From NCBI RefSeq assembly GCF_009914755.1, contig NC_060925.1: a stretch of DNA of 64,000 bases; one strand, 5' to 3'. Position numbers and translations under genes: made by a program. How positions within the stretch are numbered: the first letter of the stretch is position 1; each line of letters begins with the position of its first letter. Under the pieces are notes generated by a model. It was given only the letters and a program-made list of their open reading frames with translations, was not told the DNA's origin and did no database searches. The stretch is from the human T2T-CHM13v2.0 reference genome, Homo sapiens. Shown here piece by piece: positions 27,501-43,800 of this stretch.

Positions 27501-28450
27501 GTCTCGATTGGAATCATTATCAAATGGAATCGAATGGAATCACCGAATAGAATCGAATGGAACAATCATCGAATGGACTCAAATGGAATTATCCTCCAAT
27601 GGAATGGAATGGAATTATCGAATGCAATCGAATGGAATTATCGAATGCAATCGAATAGAATCATCGAATGGACTCGAATGGAATCATCGAATGGAATGGA
27701 ATGGAACAGTCAATGAACACGAATGGAATCATCATTGAATGGAATCGAATGGAAACATCGAGTGGAATCGAATGGAATTATGATCAAATGGAATCGAATG
27801 TAATCATCATCAAATGGAATCAAAAATAACCATCATCAATTGGTATTGAATGGAATTGTCATCAAATGGAATTCAAAGGAATCATCATCAAATGGAACCG
27901 AATGGAATCCTCATTGAATGGAAATGAAAGGGGTCATCATCTAATGGAATCGCATGGAATCATCACCAAATGGAATCGAATGGAATCATCATCATATGGA
28001 ATCTAATGGAATCATTGAACAGAATTGAATGGAATCGTCATCAAATGAATTGAATGCAATCATCGAATGGTCTCGAATGGAATCATCTTCTAATGGAAAG
28101 GAATGGAATCATCGCATAGAATCGAATGGAATTATCATCGAATGGAATCGAATGGTATCAACACCAAACGGAAAAAAACGGAATTATCGAATGGAATCGA
28201 AGAGAATCTTCGAACGGACCCGAATGGAATCATCTAATGGAATGGAATGGAATAATCCATGGACTCGAATGCAATCATCATCGAATGGAATCGAATGGAA
28301 TCATCGAATGGACTCGAATGGAATAATCATTGAACGGAATCGAATGGAATCATCATCGGATGGAAACGAATGGAATCATCATCGAATGGAAATGAAAGGA
28401 GTCATCATCTAATGCAATTGCATGGAATCATCATCAAATGGAATCGAATG
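21560..28450 (+). repeat. Two tandem copies of a 3,548-bp higher-order dimer (1,772 + 1,776 bp); ends approximate
   Basis: Variants recur at +3,548: GGAATGGTCATC (ORF starts 22709/26257), 4-bp deletion TCTCGGAATC (~23223/26771), GAACACGAA (~24171/27719), ATCACCAAA (~24418/27966), TAATGCAATT (~24867/28415). Confidence 0.85.
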
Positions 28451-29644
28451 GAATCAACATCAAATGGAATCTAATGGAATCATTGAACAGAATTGAATGG
28501 AATCGTCATCGAATGAATTGACTGCAATCATCGAATGGTCTCGAATGGAATCATCTTCAAATGGAATGGAATGGAATCATCGCATAGAATCGAATGGAAT
28601 TATCATCGAATGGAATCGAATGGAATCAACATCAAACGGAAAAAAACGGAATTATCGAATGGAATCGAAGAGAATCATCGAATGGACCCGAATGGAATCA
28701 TCTAATGGAATGGAATGGAATAATCCATGGACTCGAATGCAATCATCATCGAATGGAATCGAATGGAATCATCGAATGGACTCGAATGGAATAATCATTG
28801 AACGGAATCGAATGGAATCATCATCAGATGGAAATGAATGGAATCATCATCGAATGGAATCGAATAGAATTATGGAATGAAATCCAGTGTGATCATCATC
28901 GAATGGACCCGAATGGAATCATCATCCAACGGAAGCTAATGGAATCAACATCGAATGAATCAAATGGAAACACCATCGAATTGAAACGAATGGAATTATC
29001 ATGAAATTGAAATGGATGGACTCATCATCGAATGGATTCGAATGGAATCATCGAATAAAATTGATTGAAATCATCATCGAATGGAATCGAATGGTATCAT
29101 TGAATGGAATCGAATGGAATCATCATCAGATGGAAATGAATGGAATCGTCATAGAATGGAATCGAATGGATTCATTGAATGGAATCAGATGGAATCATCG
29201 AATGGACTGGAATGGAATCATTGAATGGACTCAAAAGGGATCATGATTGAATGGAATTGAATGGAATCATCGAATGGTCTCGATTGGAATCATTATCAAA
29301 TGGAATCGAATGGAATCACCGAATAGAATCGAATGGAACAATCATCGAATGGACTCAAATGGAATTATCCTCAAATGGAATCGAATGGAATTATCGAATG
29401 CAATCGAATGGAATTATCGAATGCAATCGAATAGAATCATCGAATGGACTCGAATGGAATCATCGAATGGAATGCAATGGAACAGTCAATGAACTCGAAT
29501 GGAATCATCATTGAATGGAATCGAATGGAATCATCGATTGGAATCGAATGGAATTATGATCAAATGGAATCGAATGTAATCCTCATCAAATGGAATCAAA
29601 AATAACCATCATCAATTGGTATTGAATGGAATTGTCATCAAATG

Positions 29645-31420
29645 GAATTCAAAGGAATCATCATCAAATGGAACCGAATGGAATCCTCATTGAATGGAAA
29701 TGAAAGGGGTCATCATCTAATGGAATCGCATGGAATCATCATCAAATGGAATCGAATGGAATCATCATCAAATGGAATCTAATGGAATCATTGAACAGAA
29801 TTGAATGGAATCGTCATCGAATGAATTGAATGCAATCATCGAATGGTCTCGAATGGAATCATCTTCTAATGGAAAGGAATGGAATCATCGCATAGAATCG
29901 AATGGAATTATCATCGAATGGAATCGAATGGTATCAACACCAAACGGAAAAAAACGGAATTATCGAATGGAATCGAAGAGAATCTTCGAACGGACCCGAA
30001 TGGAATCATCTAATGGAATGGAATGGAATAATCCATGGACTCGAATGCAATCATCATCGAATGGAATCGAATGGAATCATCGAATGGACTCGAATGGAAT
30101 AATCATTGAACGGAATCGAATGGAATCATCATCGGATGGAAACGAATGGAATCATCATCGAATGGAAATGAAAGGAGTCATCATCTAATGGAATTGCATG
30201 GAATCATCATAAAATGGAATCGAATGGAATCAACATCAAATGGAATCAAATGGAATCATTGAACGGAATTGAATGGAATCGTCATCGAATGAATTGACTG
30301 CAATCATCCAATGGTCTCGAATGGAATCATCTTCAAATGGAATGGAATGGAATCATCGCATAGAATCGAATGGAATTATCATCGAATGGAATCGAATGGA
30401 ATCAACATCAAACGGAAAAAAACGGAATTATCGAATGGAATCGAAGAGAATCATCGAATGGACCCGAATGGAATCATCTAATGGAATGGAATGGAATAAT
30501 CCATGGACTCGAATGCAATCATCATCGAATGGAATCGAATGGAATCATCGAATGGACTCGAATGGAATAATCATTGAACGGAATCGAATGGAATCATCAT
30601 CGGATGGAAATGAATGGAATCATCATCGAATGGAATCGAATAGAATTATGGAATGAAATCCAGTGTGATCATCATCGAATGGACCCGAATGGAATCATCA
30701 TCCAACGGAAGCTAATGGAATCAACATCGAATGAATCGAATGGAAACACCATCGAATTGAAACGAATGGAATTATCATGAAATTGAAATGGATGGACTCA
30801 TCATCGAATGGATTCGAATGGAATCATGGAATAAAATTGATTGAAATCATCATCCAATGGAATCGAATGGTATCATTGAATGGAATCGAATGGAATCATC
30901 ATCAGATGGAAATGAATGGAATCGTCATAGAATGGAATCGAATGGATTCATTGAATGGAATCAGATGGAATCATCGAATGGACTGGAATGGAATCATTGA
31001 ATGGACTCGAAAGGGATCATGATTGAATGGAATTGAATGGAATCATCGAATGGTCTCGATTGGAATCATTATCAAATGGAATCGAATGGAATCACCGAAT
31101 AGAATCGAATGGAACAATCATCGAATGGACTCAAATGGAATTATCCTCCAATGGAATGGAATGGAATTATCGAATGCAATCGAATGGAATTATCGAATGC
31201 AATCGAATAGAATCATCGAATGGACTCGAATGGAATCATCGAATGGAATGGAATGGAACAGTCAATGAACTCGAATGGAATCATCATTGAATGGAATCGA
31301 ATGGAATCATCGAGTGGAATCGAATGGAATTATGATCAAATGGAATCGAATGTAATCATCATCAAATGGAATCAAAAATAACCATCATCAATTGGTATTG
31401 AATGGAATTGTCATCAAATG
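29645..31420 (+). repeat. Representative canonical 1,776-bp repeat unit (EcoRI to EcoRI)
   Basis: GAATTC at 29645 and 31421, likewise 13202 and 14978. Landmark spacing within the unit is 804+468+504 = 1,776. About 35 units or unit remnants lie in the window. Confidence 0.95.
29655..30635 (+). repeat. Internal 468-bp tandem subrepeat (types A and B) within the unit; representative copy, ends approximate
   Basis: Near-identical 127-aa pseudo-ORFs start 468 bp apart (29805, 30273). A markers: TTCTAATGGAAAGG, GGTATCAACACC, ATCTTCGAACGG. B markers: TTGACTGC, TTCAAATGGAATGG, GGAATCAACATC, ATCATCGAATGGACCC. Confidence 0.92.
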
Positions 31421-34400
31421 GAATTCAAAGGAATCATCATCAAATGGAACCGAATGGAATCCTCATTGAATGGAAATGAAAGGGGTCATCATCTAATGGA
31501 ATCGCATGGAATCATCATCAAATGGAATCGAATGGAATCATCATCAAATGGAATCTAATGGAATCATTGAACAGAATTGAATGGAATCGTCATCGAATGA
31601 ATTGAATGCAATCATCGAATGGTCTCGAATGGAATCATCTTCTAATGGAAAGGAATGGAATCATCGCATAGAATCGAATGGAATTATCATCGAATGGAAT
31701 CGAATGGTATCAACACCAAACGGAAAAAAACGGAATTATCGAATGGAATCGAAGAGAATCTTCGAACGGACCCGAATGGAATCATCTAATGGAATGGAAT
31801 GGAATAATCCATGGACTCGAATGCAATCATCATCGAATGGAATCGAATGGAATCATCGAATGGACTCGAATGGAATAATCATTGAACGGAATCGATTGGA
31901 ATCATCATCGGATGGAAACGAATGGAATCATCATCGAATGGAAAGGAAAGGAGTCATCATCTAATGGAATTGCATGGAATCATCATAAAATGGAATCGAA
32001 TGGAATCAACATCAAATGGAATCAAATGGAATCATTTAACGGAATTGAATGGAATCGTCATCGAATGAATTGACTGCAATCATCCAATGGTCTCGAATGG
32101 AATCATCTTCAAATGGAATGGAATGGAATCATCGCATAGAATCGAATGGAATTATCATTGAATGGAATCGAATGGAATCAACATCCAACGGAAAAAAACG
32201 GAATTATCGAATGGAATCGAAGAGAATCATCGAATGGACCCGAATGGAATCATGTAATGGAATGGAATGGAATAATCCATGGACTCGAATGCAATCATCA
32301 TCGAATGGAATCGAATGGAATCATCGAATGGACTCGTATGGAATAATCATTGAACGGAATCGAATGGAATCATCATCGGATGGAAATGAATGGAATCATC
32401 ATCGAATGGAATCGAATAGAATTATGGAATGAAATCCAGTGTGATCATCATCGAATGGACCCGAATGGAATCATCATCCAACGGAAGCTAATGGAATCAA
32501 CATCGAATGAATCAAATGGAAACACCATCGAATTGAAACGAATGGAATTATCATGAAATTGAAATGGATGGACTCATCATCGAATGGATTAATGGAATCA
32601 TCGAATAAAATTGATTGAAATCATCATCGAATGGAATCGAATGGTATCATTGAATGGAATCGAATGGAATCATCATCAGATGGAAATGAATGGAATCGTC
32701 ATAGAATGGAATCGAATGGATTCATTGAATGGAATCAGATGGAATCATCGAATGGACTGGAATGGAATCATTGAATGGACTCGAAAGGGATCATGATTGA
32801 ATGGAATTGAATGGAATCATCGAATGGTCTCGATTGGAATCATTATCAAATGGAATCGAATGGAATCACCGAATAGAATCGAATGGAACAATCATCGAAT
32901 GGACTCAAATGGAATTATCCTCCAATGGAATGGAATGGAATTATCGAATGCAATCGAATGGAATTATCGAATGCAATCGAATAGAATCATCGAATGGACT
33001 CGAATGGAATCATCGAATGGAATGGAATGGAACAGTCAATGAACTCGAATGGAATCATCATTGAATGGAATCGAATGGAATCATCGAGTGGAATCGAATG
33101 GAATTATGATCAAATGGAATCGAATGTAATCATCATCAAATGGAATCAAAAATAACCATCATCAATTGGTATTGAATGGAATTGTCATCAAATGGAATTC
33201 AAAGGAATCATCATCAAATGGAACCGAATGGAATCCTCATTGAATGGAAATGAAAGGGGTCATCATCTAATGGAATCGCATGGAATCATCATCAAATGGA
33301 ATCGAATGGAATCATCATCAAATGGAATCTAATGGAATCATTGAACAGAATTGAATGGAATCGTCATCGAATGAATTGAATGCAATCATCGAATGGTCTC
33401 GAATGGAATCATCTTCTAATGGAAAGGAATGGAATCATCGCATAGAATCGAATGGAATTATCATCGAATGGAATCGAATGGTATCAACACCAAACGGAAA
33501 AAAACGGAATTATCGAATGGAATCGAAGAGAATCTTCGAACGGACCCGAATGGAATCATCTAATGGAATGGAATGGAATAATCCATGGACTCGAATGCAA
33601 TCATCATCGAATGGAATCGAATGGAATCATCGAATGGACTCGAATGGAATAATCATTGAACGGAATCGAATGGAATCATCATCGGATGGAAACGAATGGA
33701 ATCATCATCGAATGGAAATGAAAGGAGTCATCATCTAATGGAATTGCATGGAATCATCATAAAATGGAATCGAATGGAATCAACATCAAATGGAATCAAA
33801 TGGAATCATTGAACGGAATTGAATGGAATCGTCATCGAATGAATTGACTGCAATCATCCAATGGTCTCGAATGGAATCGTCTTCAAATGGAATGGAATGG
33901 AATCATCGCATAGAATCGAATGGAATTATCATCGAATGGAATCGAATGGAATCAACATCCAACGGAAAAAAACGGAATTATCGAATGGAATCGAAGAGAA
34001 TCATCGAATGGACCCGAATGGAATCATCTAATGGAATGGAATGGAATAATCCATGGACTCGAATGCAATCATCATCGAATGGAATCGAATGGAATCATCG
34101 AATGGACTCGAATGGAATAATCATTGAACGGAATCGAATGGAATCATCATCGGATGGAAATGAATGGAATCATCATCGAATGGAATCGAATAGAATTATG
34201 GAATGAAATCCAGTGTGATCATCATCGAATGGACCCGAATGGAATCATCATCCAACGGAAGCTAATGGAATCAACATCGAATGAATCGAATGGAAACACC
34301 ATCGAATTGAAACGAATGGAATTATCATGAAATTGAAATGGATGGACTCATCATCGAATGGATTCGAATGGAATCATCGAATAAAATTGATTGAAATCAT

Positions 34401-37400
34401 CATCCAATGGAATCGAATGGTATCATTGAATGGAATCGAATGGAATCATCATCAGATGGAAATGAATGGAATCGTCATAGAATGGAATCGAATGGATTCA
34501 TTGAATGGAATCAGATGGAATCATCGAATGGACTGGAATGGAATCATTGAATGGACTCGAAAGGGATCATGATTGAATGGAATTGAATGGAATCATCGAA
34601 TGGTCTCGATTGGAATCATTATCAAATGGAATCGAATGGAATCACCGAATAGAATCGAATGGAACAATCATCGAATGGACTCAAATGGAATTATCCTCCA
34701 ATGGAATCGAATGGAATTATCGAATGCAATCGAATGGAATTATCGAATGCAATCGAATAGAATCATCGAATGGACTCGAATGGAATCATCGAATGGAATG
34801 GAATGGAACAGTCAATGAACTCGAATGGAATCATCATTGAATGGAATCGAATGGAATCATCGAGTGGAATCGAATGGAATTATGATCAAATGGAATGGAA
34901 TGTAATCATCATCAAATGGAATCAAAAATAACCATCATCAATTGGTATTGAATGGAATTGTCATCAAATGGAATTCAAAGGAATCATCATCAAATGGAAC
35001 CGAATGGAATCCTCATTGAATGGAAATGAAAGGGGTCATCATCTAATGGAATCGCATGGAATCATCATCAAATGGAATCGAATGGAATCATCATCAAATG
35101 GAATCTAATGGAATCATTGAACAGAATTGAATGGAATCGTCATCGAATGAATTGAATGCAATCATCGAATGGTCTCGAATGGAATCATCTTCTAATGGAA
35201 AGGAATGGAATCATCGCATAGAATCGAATGGAATTATCATCGAATGGAATCGAATGGTATCAACACCAAACGGAAAAAAACGGAATTATCGAATGGAATC
35301 GAAGAGAATCTTCGAACGGACCCGAATGGAATCATCTAATTGAATGGAATGGAATAATCCATGGACTCGAATGCAATCATCATCGAATGGAATCGAATGG
35401 AATCATCGAATGGACTCGAATGGAATAATCATTGAACGGAATCGAATGGAATCATCATCGGATGGAAACGAATGGAATCATCATCGAATGGAAATGAAAG
35501 GAGTCATCATCTAATGGAATTGCATGGAATCATCATAAAATGGAATCGAATGGAATCAACATCAAATGGAATCAAATGGAATCATTGAACGGAATTGAAT
35601 GGAATCGTCATCGAATGAATTGACTGCAATCATCGAATGGTCTCGAATGGAATCATCTTCAAATGGAATGGAATGGAATCATCGCATAGAATCGAATGGA
35701 ATTATCATCGAATGGAATCGAATGGAATCAACATCAAACGGAAAAAAACGGAATTATCGAATGGAATCGAAGAGAATCATCGAATGGACCCGAATGGAAT
35801 CATCTAATGGAATGGAATGGAATAATCCATGGACTCGAATGCAATCATCATCGAATGGAATCGAATGGAATCATCGAATGGACTCGAATGGAATAATCAT
35901 TGAACGGAATCGAATGGAATCATCATCGGATGGAAATGAATGGAATCATCATCGAATGGAATCGAATAGAATTATGGAATGAAATCCAGTGTGATCATCA
36001 TCGAATGGACCCGAATGGAATCATCATCCAACGGAAGCTAATGGAATCAACATCGAATGAATCGAATGGAAACACCATCGAATTGAAACGAATGGAATTA
36101 TCATGAAATTGAAATGGATGGACTCATCATCGAATGGATTCGAATGGAATCATCGAATAAAATTGATTGAAATCATCATCCAATGGAATCGAATGGTATC
36201 ATTGAATGGAATCGAATGGAATCATCATCAGATGGAAATGAATGGAATCGTCATAGAATGGAATCGAATGGATTCATTGAATGGAATCAGATGGAATCAT
36301 CGAATGGACTGGAATGGAATCATTGAATGGACTCGAAAGGGATCATTATTGAATGGAATTGAATGGAATCATCGAATGGTCTCGATTGGAATCATTATCA
36401 AATGGAATCGAATGGAATCACCGAATAGAATCGAATGGAACAATCATCGAATGGACTCAAATGGAATTATCCTCCAATGGAATCGAATGGAATTATCGAA
36501 TGCAATCGAATGGAATTATCGAATGCAATCGAATAGAATCATCGAATGGACTCGAATGGAATCATCGAATGGAATGGAATGGAACAGTCAATGAACTCGA
36601 ATGGAATCATCATTGAATGGAATCGAATGGAATCATCGAGTGGAATCGAATGGAATTATGATCAAATGGAATGGAATGTAATCATCATCAAATGGAATCA
36701 AAAATAACCATCATCAATTGGTATTGAATGGAATTGTCATCAAATGGAATTCAAAGGAATCATCATCAAATGGAACCGAATGGAATCCTCATTGAATGGA
36801 AATGAAAGGGGTCATCATCTAATGGAATCGCATGGAATCATCATCAAATGGAATCGAATGGAATCATCATCAAATGGAATCTAATGGAATCATTGAACAG
36901 AATTGAATGGAATCGTCATCGAATGAATTGAATGCAATCATCGAATGGTCTCGAATGGAATCATCTTCTAATGGAAAGGAATAGAATCATCGCATAGAAT
37001 CGAATGGAATTATCATCGAATGGAATCGAATGGTATCAACACCAAACGGAAAAAAACGGAATTATCGAATGGAATCGAAGAGAATCTTCGAACGGACCCG
37101 AATGGAATCATCTAATGGAATGGAATGGAATAATCCATGGACTCGAATGCAATCATCATCGAATGGAATCGAATGGAATCATCGAATGGACTCGAATGGA
37201 ATAATCATTGAACGGAATCGATTGGAATCATCATCGGATGGAAACGAATGGAATCATCATCGAATGGAAATGAAAGGAGTCATCATCTAATGGAATTGCA
37301 TGGAATCATCATAAAATGGAATCGAATGGAATCAACATCAAATGGAATCAAATGGAATCATTGAACGGAATTGAATGGAATCGTCATCGAATGAATTGAC

Positions 37401-40400
37401 TGCAATCATCCAATGGTGTCGAATGGAATCATCTTCAAATGGAATGGAATGGAATCATCGCATAGAATCGAATGGAATTATCATCGAATGGAATCGAATG
37501 GAATCAACATCCAACGGAAAAAAACGGAATTATCGAATGGAATCGAAGAGAATCATCGAATGGACCCGAATGGAATCATCTAATGGAATGGAATGGAATA
37601 ATCCATGGACTCGAATGCAATCATCATCGAATGGAATCGAATGGAATCATCGAATGGACTCGAATGGAATAATCATTGAACGGAATCGAATGGAATCATC
37701 ATCGGATGGAAATGAATGGAATCATCATCGAATGGAATCGAATAGAATTATGGAATGAAATCCAGTGTGATCATCATCAAATGGACCCGAATGGAATCAT
37801 CATCCAACGGAAGCTAATGGAATCAACATCGAATGAATCGAATGGAAACACCATCGAATTGAAACGAATGGAATTATCATGAAATTGAAATGGATGGACT
37901 CATCATCGAATGGATTCGAATGGAATCATCGAATAAAATTGATTGAAATCATCATCGAATGGAATCGAATGGTATCATTGAATGGAATCGAATGGAATCA
38001 TCATCAGATGGAAATGAATGGAATCGTCATAGAATGGAATCGAATGGATTCATTGAATGGAATCAGATGGAATCATCGAATGGACTGGAATGGAATCATT
38101 GAATGGACTCGAAAGGGATCATGATTGAATGGAATTGAATGGAATCATCGAATGGTCTCGATTGGAATCATTATCAAATGGAATCGAATGGAATCACCGA
38201 ATAGAATCGAATGGAACAATCATCGAATGGACTCAAATGGAATTATCCTCAAATGGAATCGAATGGAATTATCGAATGCAATCGAATGGAATTATCGAAT
38301 GCAATCGAATAGAATCATCGAATGGACTCGAATGGAATCATCGAATGGAATGGAATGGAACAGTCAATGAACTCGAATGGAATCATCATTGAATGGAATC
38401 GAATGGAATCATCGAGTGGAATCGAATGGAATTATGATCAAATGGAATCGAATGTAATCATCATCAAATGGAATCAAAAATAACCATCATCAATTGGTAT
38501 TGAATGGAATTGTCATCAAATGGAATTCAAAGGAATCATCATCAAATGGAACCGAATGGAATCCTCATTGAATGGAAATGAAAGGGGTCATCATCTAATG
38601 GAATCGCATGGAATCATCATAAAATGGAATCGAATGAAATCAACATCAAATGGAATCAAATGGAATCATTGAACGGAATTGAATGGAATCGTCATCGAAT
38701 GAATTGGATGCAATCATCGAATGGTCTCGAATGGAATCTTCTTCAAATGGAATGGAATGGAATCATCGCATAGAATCGAATGGAATTATCATCGAATGGA
38801 ATCGAATGGAATCAACATCAAACGGAAAAAAACGGAATTATCGAATGGAATCGAAGAGAATCATCGAATGGACCCGAATGGAATCATCTAATGGAATGGA
38901 ATGGAATAATCCATGGACTCGAATGCAATCATCATCGAATGGAATCGAATGGAATCATCGAATGGACTCGAATGGAATAATCATTGAACGGAATCGATTG
39001 GAATCATCATCGGATGGAAACGAATGGAATCATCATCGAATGGAAATGAAAGGAGTCATCATCTAATGGAATTGCATGGAATCATCATAAAATGGAATCG
39101 AATGGAATCAACATCAAATGGAATCAAATGGAATCATTGAACGGAATTGAATGGAATCGTCATCGAATGAATTGACTGCAATCATCGAATGGTCTCGAAT
39201 GGAATCATCTTCAAATGGAATGGAATGGAATCATCGCATAGAATCGAATGGAATTATCATCGAATGGAATCGAATGGAATCAACATCCAACGGAAAAAAA
39301 CGGAATTATCGAATGGAATCGAAGAGAATCATCGAATGGACCCGAATGGAATCATCTAATGGAATGGAATGGAATAATCCGTGGACTCGAATGCAATCAT
39401 CATCGAATGGAATCGAATGGAATCATCGAATGGACTCGAATGGAATAATCATTGAACGGAATAGAATGGAATCATCATCGGATGGAAATGAATGGAATCA
39501 TCATCGAATGGAATCGAATACAATTATGGAATGAAATCCAGTGTGATCATCATCGAATGGACCCGAATGGAATCATCATCCAACGGAAGCTAATGGAATC
39601 AACATCGAATGAATCGAATGGAAACACCATCGAATTGAAACGAATGGAATTATCATGAAATTGAAATGGATGGACTCATCATCGAATGGATTCGAAAGGA
39701 ATCATCGAATAAAATTGATTGAAATCATCATCGAATGGAATCGAATGGTATCATTGAATGGAATCGAATGGAATCATCATCAGATGGAAATGAATGGAAT
39801 CGTCATAGAATGGAATCGAATGGATTCATTGAATGGAATCAGATGGAATCATCGAATGGACTGGAATGGAATCATTGAATGGACTCGAAAGGGATCATGA
39901 TTGAATGGAATTGAATGGAATCATCGAATGGTCTCGATTGGAATCATTATCAAATGGAATCGAATGGAATCACCGAATAGAATCGAATGGAACAATCATC
40001 GAATGGACTCAAATGGAATTATCCTCAAATGGAATCGAATGGAATTATCGAATGCAATCGAATGGAATTATCGAATGCAATCGAATAGAATGATCGAATG
40101 GACTCGAATGGAATCATTGAATGGAATGGAATGGAACAGTCAATGAACTCGAATGGAATCATCATTGAATGGAATCGAATGGAATCATCGAGTGGAATCG
40201 AAAGGAATTATGATCAAATGGAATCGAATGTAATCATCATCAAATGGAATCAAAAATAACCATCATCAATTGCTATTGAATGGAATTGTCATCAAATGGA
40301 ATTCAAAGGAATCATCATCAAATGGAACCGAATGGAATCCTCACTGAATGGAAATGAAAGGGGTCATCATCTAATGGAATCGCATGGAATCATCATCAAA

Positions 40401-40822
40401 TGGAATCGAATGGAATCACCATCAAATGGAATCTAATGGAATCATTGAACAGAATTGAATGGAATCGTCATCGAATGAATTGAATGCAATCATCGAATGG
40501 TCTCGAATGGATTCATCTTCTAATGGAAAGGAATGGAATCATCGCATAGAATCGAATGGAATTATCATCGAATGGAATCGAATGGTATCATTGAATGGAA
40601 TCGAATGGAATCATCATCAGATGGAAATGAATGGAATCGTCATAGAATGGAATCGAATGGATTCATTGAATGGAATCAGATGGAATCATCGAATGGACTG
40701 GAATGGAATCATTGAATGGACTCGATAGGGATCATTATTGAATGGAATTGAATGGAATCATCGAATGGTCTCGATTGGAATCATTATAAAATGGAATCGA
40801 ATGGAATCACCGAATAGAATCA

Positions 40823-43800
40823 AATGGAACAATCATCGAATGGACTCAAATGGAATTATCCTCAAATGGAATGGAATGGAATTATCGAATGCAATCGAAT
40901 GGAATTATCGAATGCAATCGAATAGAATCATCGAATGGACTCGAATGGAATCATCGAATGGAATGGAATGGAACAGTCAATGAACTCGAATGGAATCATC
41001 ATTGAATGGAATCGAATGGAATCATCGAGTGGAATCGAATGGAATTATGATCAAATGGAATCGAATGTAATCATCATCAAATGGAATCAAAAATAACCAT
41101 CATCAATTGCTATTGAATGGAATTGTCATCAAATGGAATTCAAAGGAATCATCATCAAATGGAACCGAATGGAATCCTCATTGAATGGAAATGAAAGGGG
41201 TCATCATCTAATGGAATCGCATGGAATCATCATCAAATGGAATCGAATGGAATCATCATCAAATGGAATCTAATGGAATCATTGAACAGAATTGAATGGA
41301 ATGGTCATCGAATGAATTGAATGCAATCATCGAATGGTCTCGAATGGAATCATCTTCTAATGGAAAGGAATGGAATCATCGCATAGAATCGATTGGAATT
41401 ATCATCGAATGGAATCGAATGGTATCAACACCAAACGGAAAAAAACGGAATTATCGAATGGAATCGAAGAGAATCTTCGAACGGACCCGAATGGAATCAT
41501 CTAATGGAATGGAATGGAATAATCCATGGACTCGAATGCAATCATCATCGAATGGAATCGAATGGAATCATCGAATGGACTCGAATGGAATAATCATTGA
41601 ACGGAATCGAATGGAATCATCATCGGATGGAAACGAATGGAATCATCATCGAATGGAAATGAAAGGAGTCATCATCTAATGGAATTGCATGGAATCATCA
41701 TAAAATGGAATCGAATGGAATCAACATCAAATGGAATCAAATGGAATCATTGAACGGAATTGAATGGAATCGTCATCGAATGAATTGACTGCAATCATCG
41801 AATGGTCTCGGAATCATCTTCAAATGGAATGGAATGGAATCATCGCATAGAATCGAATGGAATTATCATCGAATGGAATCGAATGGAATCAACATCAAAC
41901 GGAAAAAAACGGAATTATCGAATGGAATCGAAGAGAATCATCGAATGGACCCGAATGGAATCATCTAATGGAATGGAATGGAATAATCCATGGACTCGAA
42001 TGCAATCATCATCGAATGGAATCGAATGGAATCATCGAATGGACTCGAATGGAATAATCATTGAACGGAATCGAATGGAATCATCATCGGATGGAAATGA
42101 ATGGAATCATCATCGAATGGAATCGAATAGAATTATGAAATGAAATCCAGTGTGATCATCATCGAATGGACCCGAATGGAATCATCATCCAACGGAAGCT
42201 AATGGAATCAACATCGAATGAATCGAATGGAAACACCATCGAATTGAAACGAATGGAATTATCATGAAATTGAAATGGATGGACTCATCATCGAATGGAT
42301 TCGAATGGAATCATCGAATAAAATTGATTGAAATCATCATCGAATGGAATCGAATGGTATCATTGAATGGAATCGAATGGAATCATCATCAGATGGAAAT
42401 GAATGGAATCGTCATAGAATGGAATCGAATGGATTCATTGAATGGAATCAGATGGAATCATCGAATGGACTGGAATGGAATCATTGAATGGACTCGAAAG
42501 GGATCATGATTGAATGGAATTGAATGGAATCATCGAATGGTCTCGATTGGAATCATTATCAAATGGAATCGAATGGAATCACCGAATAGAATCGAATGGA
42601 ACAATCATCGAATGGACTCAAATGGAATTATCCTCAAATGGAATCGAATGGAATTATCGAATGCAATCGAATGGAATTATCGAATGCAATCGAATAGAAT
42701 CATCGAATGGACTCGAATGGAATCATCGAATGGAATGGAATGGAACAGTCAATGAACACGAATGGAATCATCATTGAATGGAATCGAATGGAATCATCGA
42801 GTGGAATCGAATGGAATTATGATCAAATGGAATCGAATGTAATCATCATCAAATGGAATCAAAAATAACCATCATCAATTGGTATTGAATGGAATTGTCA
42901 TCAAATGGAATTCAAAGGAATCATCATCAAATGGAACCGAATGGAATCCTCATTGAATGGAAATGAAAGGGGTCATCATCTAATGGAATCGCATGGAATC
43001 ATCACCAAATGGAATCGAATGGAATCATCATCAAATGGAATCTAATGGAATCATTGAACAGAATTGAATGGAATCGTCATCAAATGAATTGAATGCAATC
43101 ATCGAATGGTCTCGAATGGAATCATCTTCTAATGGAAAGGAATGGAATCATCGCATAGAATCGAATGGAATTATCATCGAATGGAATCGAATGGTATCAA
43201 CACCAAACGGAAAAAAACGGAATTATCGAATGGAATCGAAGAGAATCTTCGAACGGACCCGAATGGAATCATCTAATGGAATGGAATGGAATAATCCATG
43301 GACTCGAATGCAATCATCATCGAATGGAATCGAATGGAATCATCGAATGGACTCGAATGGAATAATCATTGAACGGAATCGAATGGAATCATCATCGGAT
43401 GGAAACGAATGGAATCATCATCGAATGGAAATGAAAGGAGTCATCATCTAATGCAATTGCATGGAATCATCATCAAATGGAATCGAATGGAATCAACATC
43501 AAATGGAATCAAATGGAATCATTGAACGGAATTGAATGGAATCGTCATCGAATGAATTGACTGCAATCATCGAATGGTCTCGAATGGAATCATCTTCAAA
43601 TGGAATGGAATGGAATCATCGCATAGAATCGAATGGAATTATCATCGAATGGAATCGAATGGAATCAACATCAAACGGAAAAAAACGGAATTATCATATG
43701 GAATCGAAGAGAATCATCGAATGGACCCGAATGGAATCATCTAATGGAATGGAATGGAATAATCCATGGACTCGAATGCAATCATCATCGAATGGAATCG

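Larger units (their letters stand above)
22236..40822 (+). repeat. Copy 1 of an 18,587-bp near-identical tandem duplication
   Basis: The ORF track and private variants repeat at exactly +18,587 (22709/41296, 23215/41802, 32611/51198, 35131/53718, 40459/59046). The junction is bracketed to 40823-40872. Confidence 0.93.
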
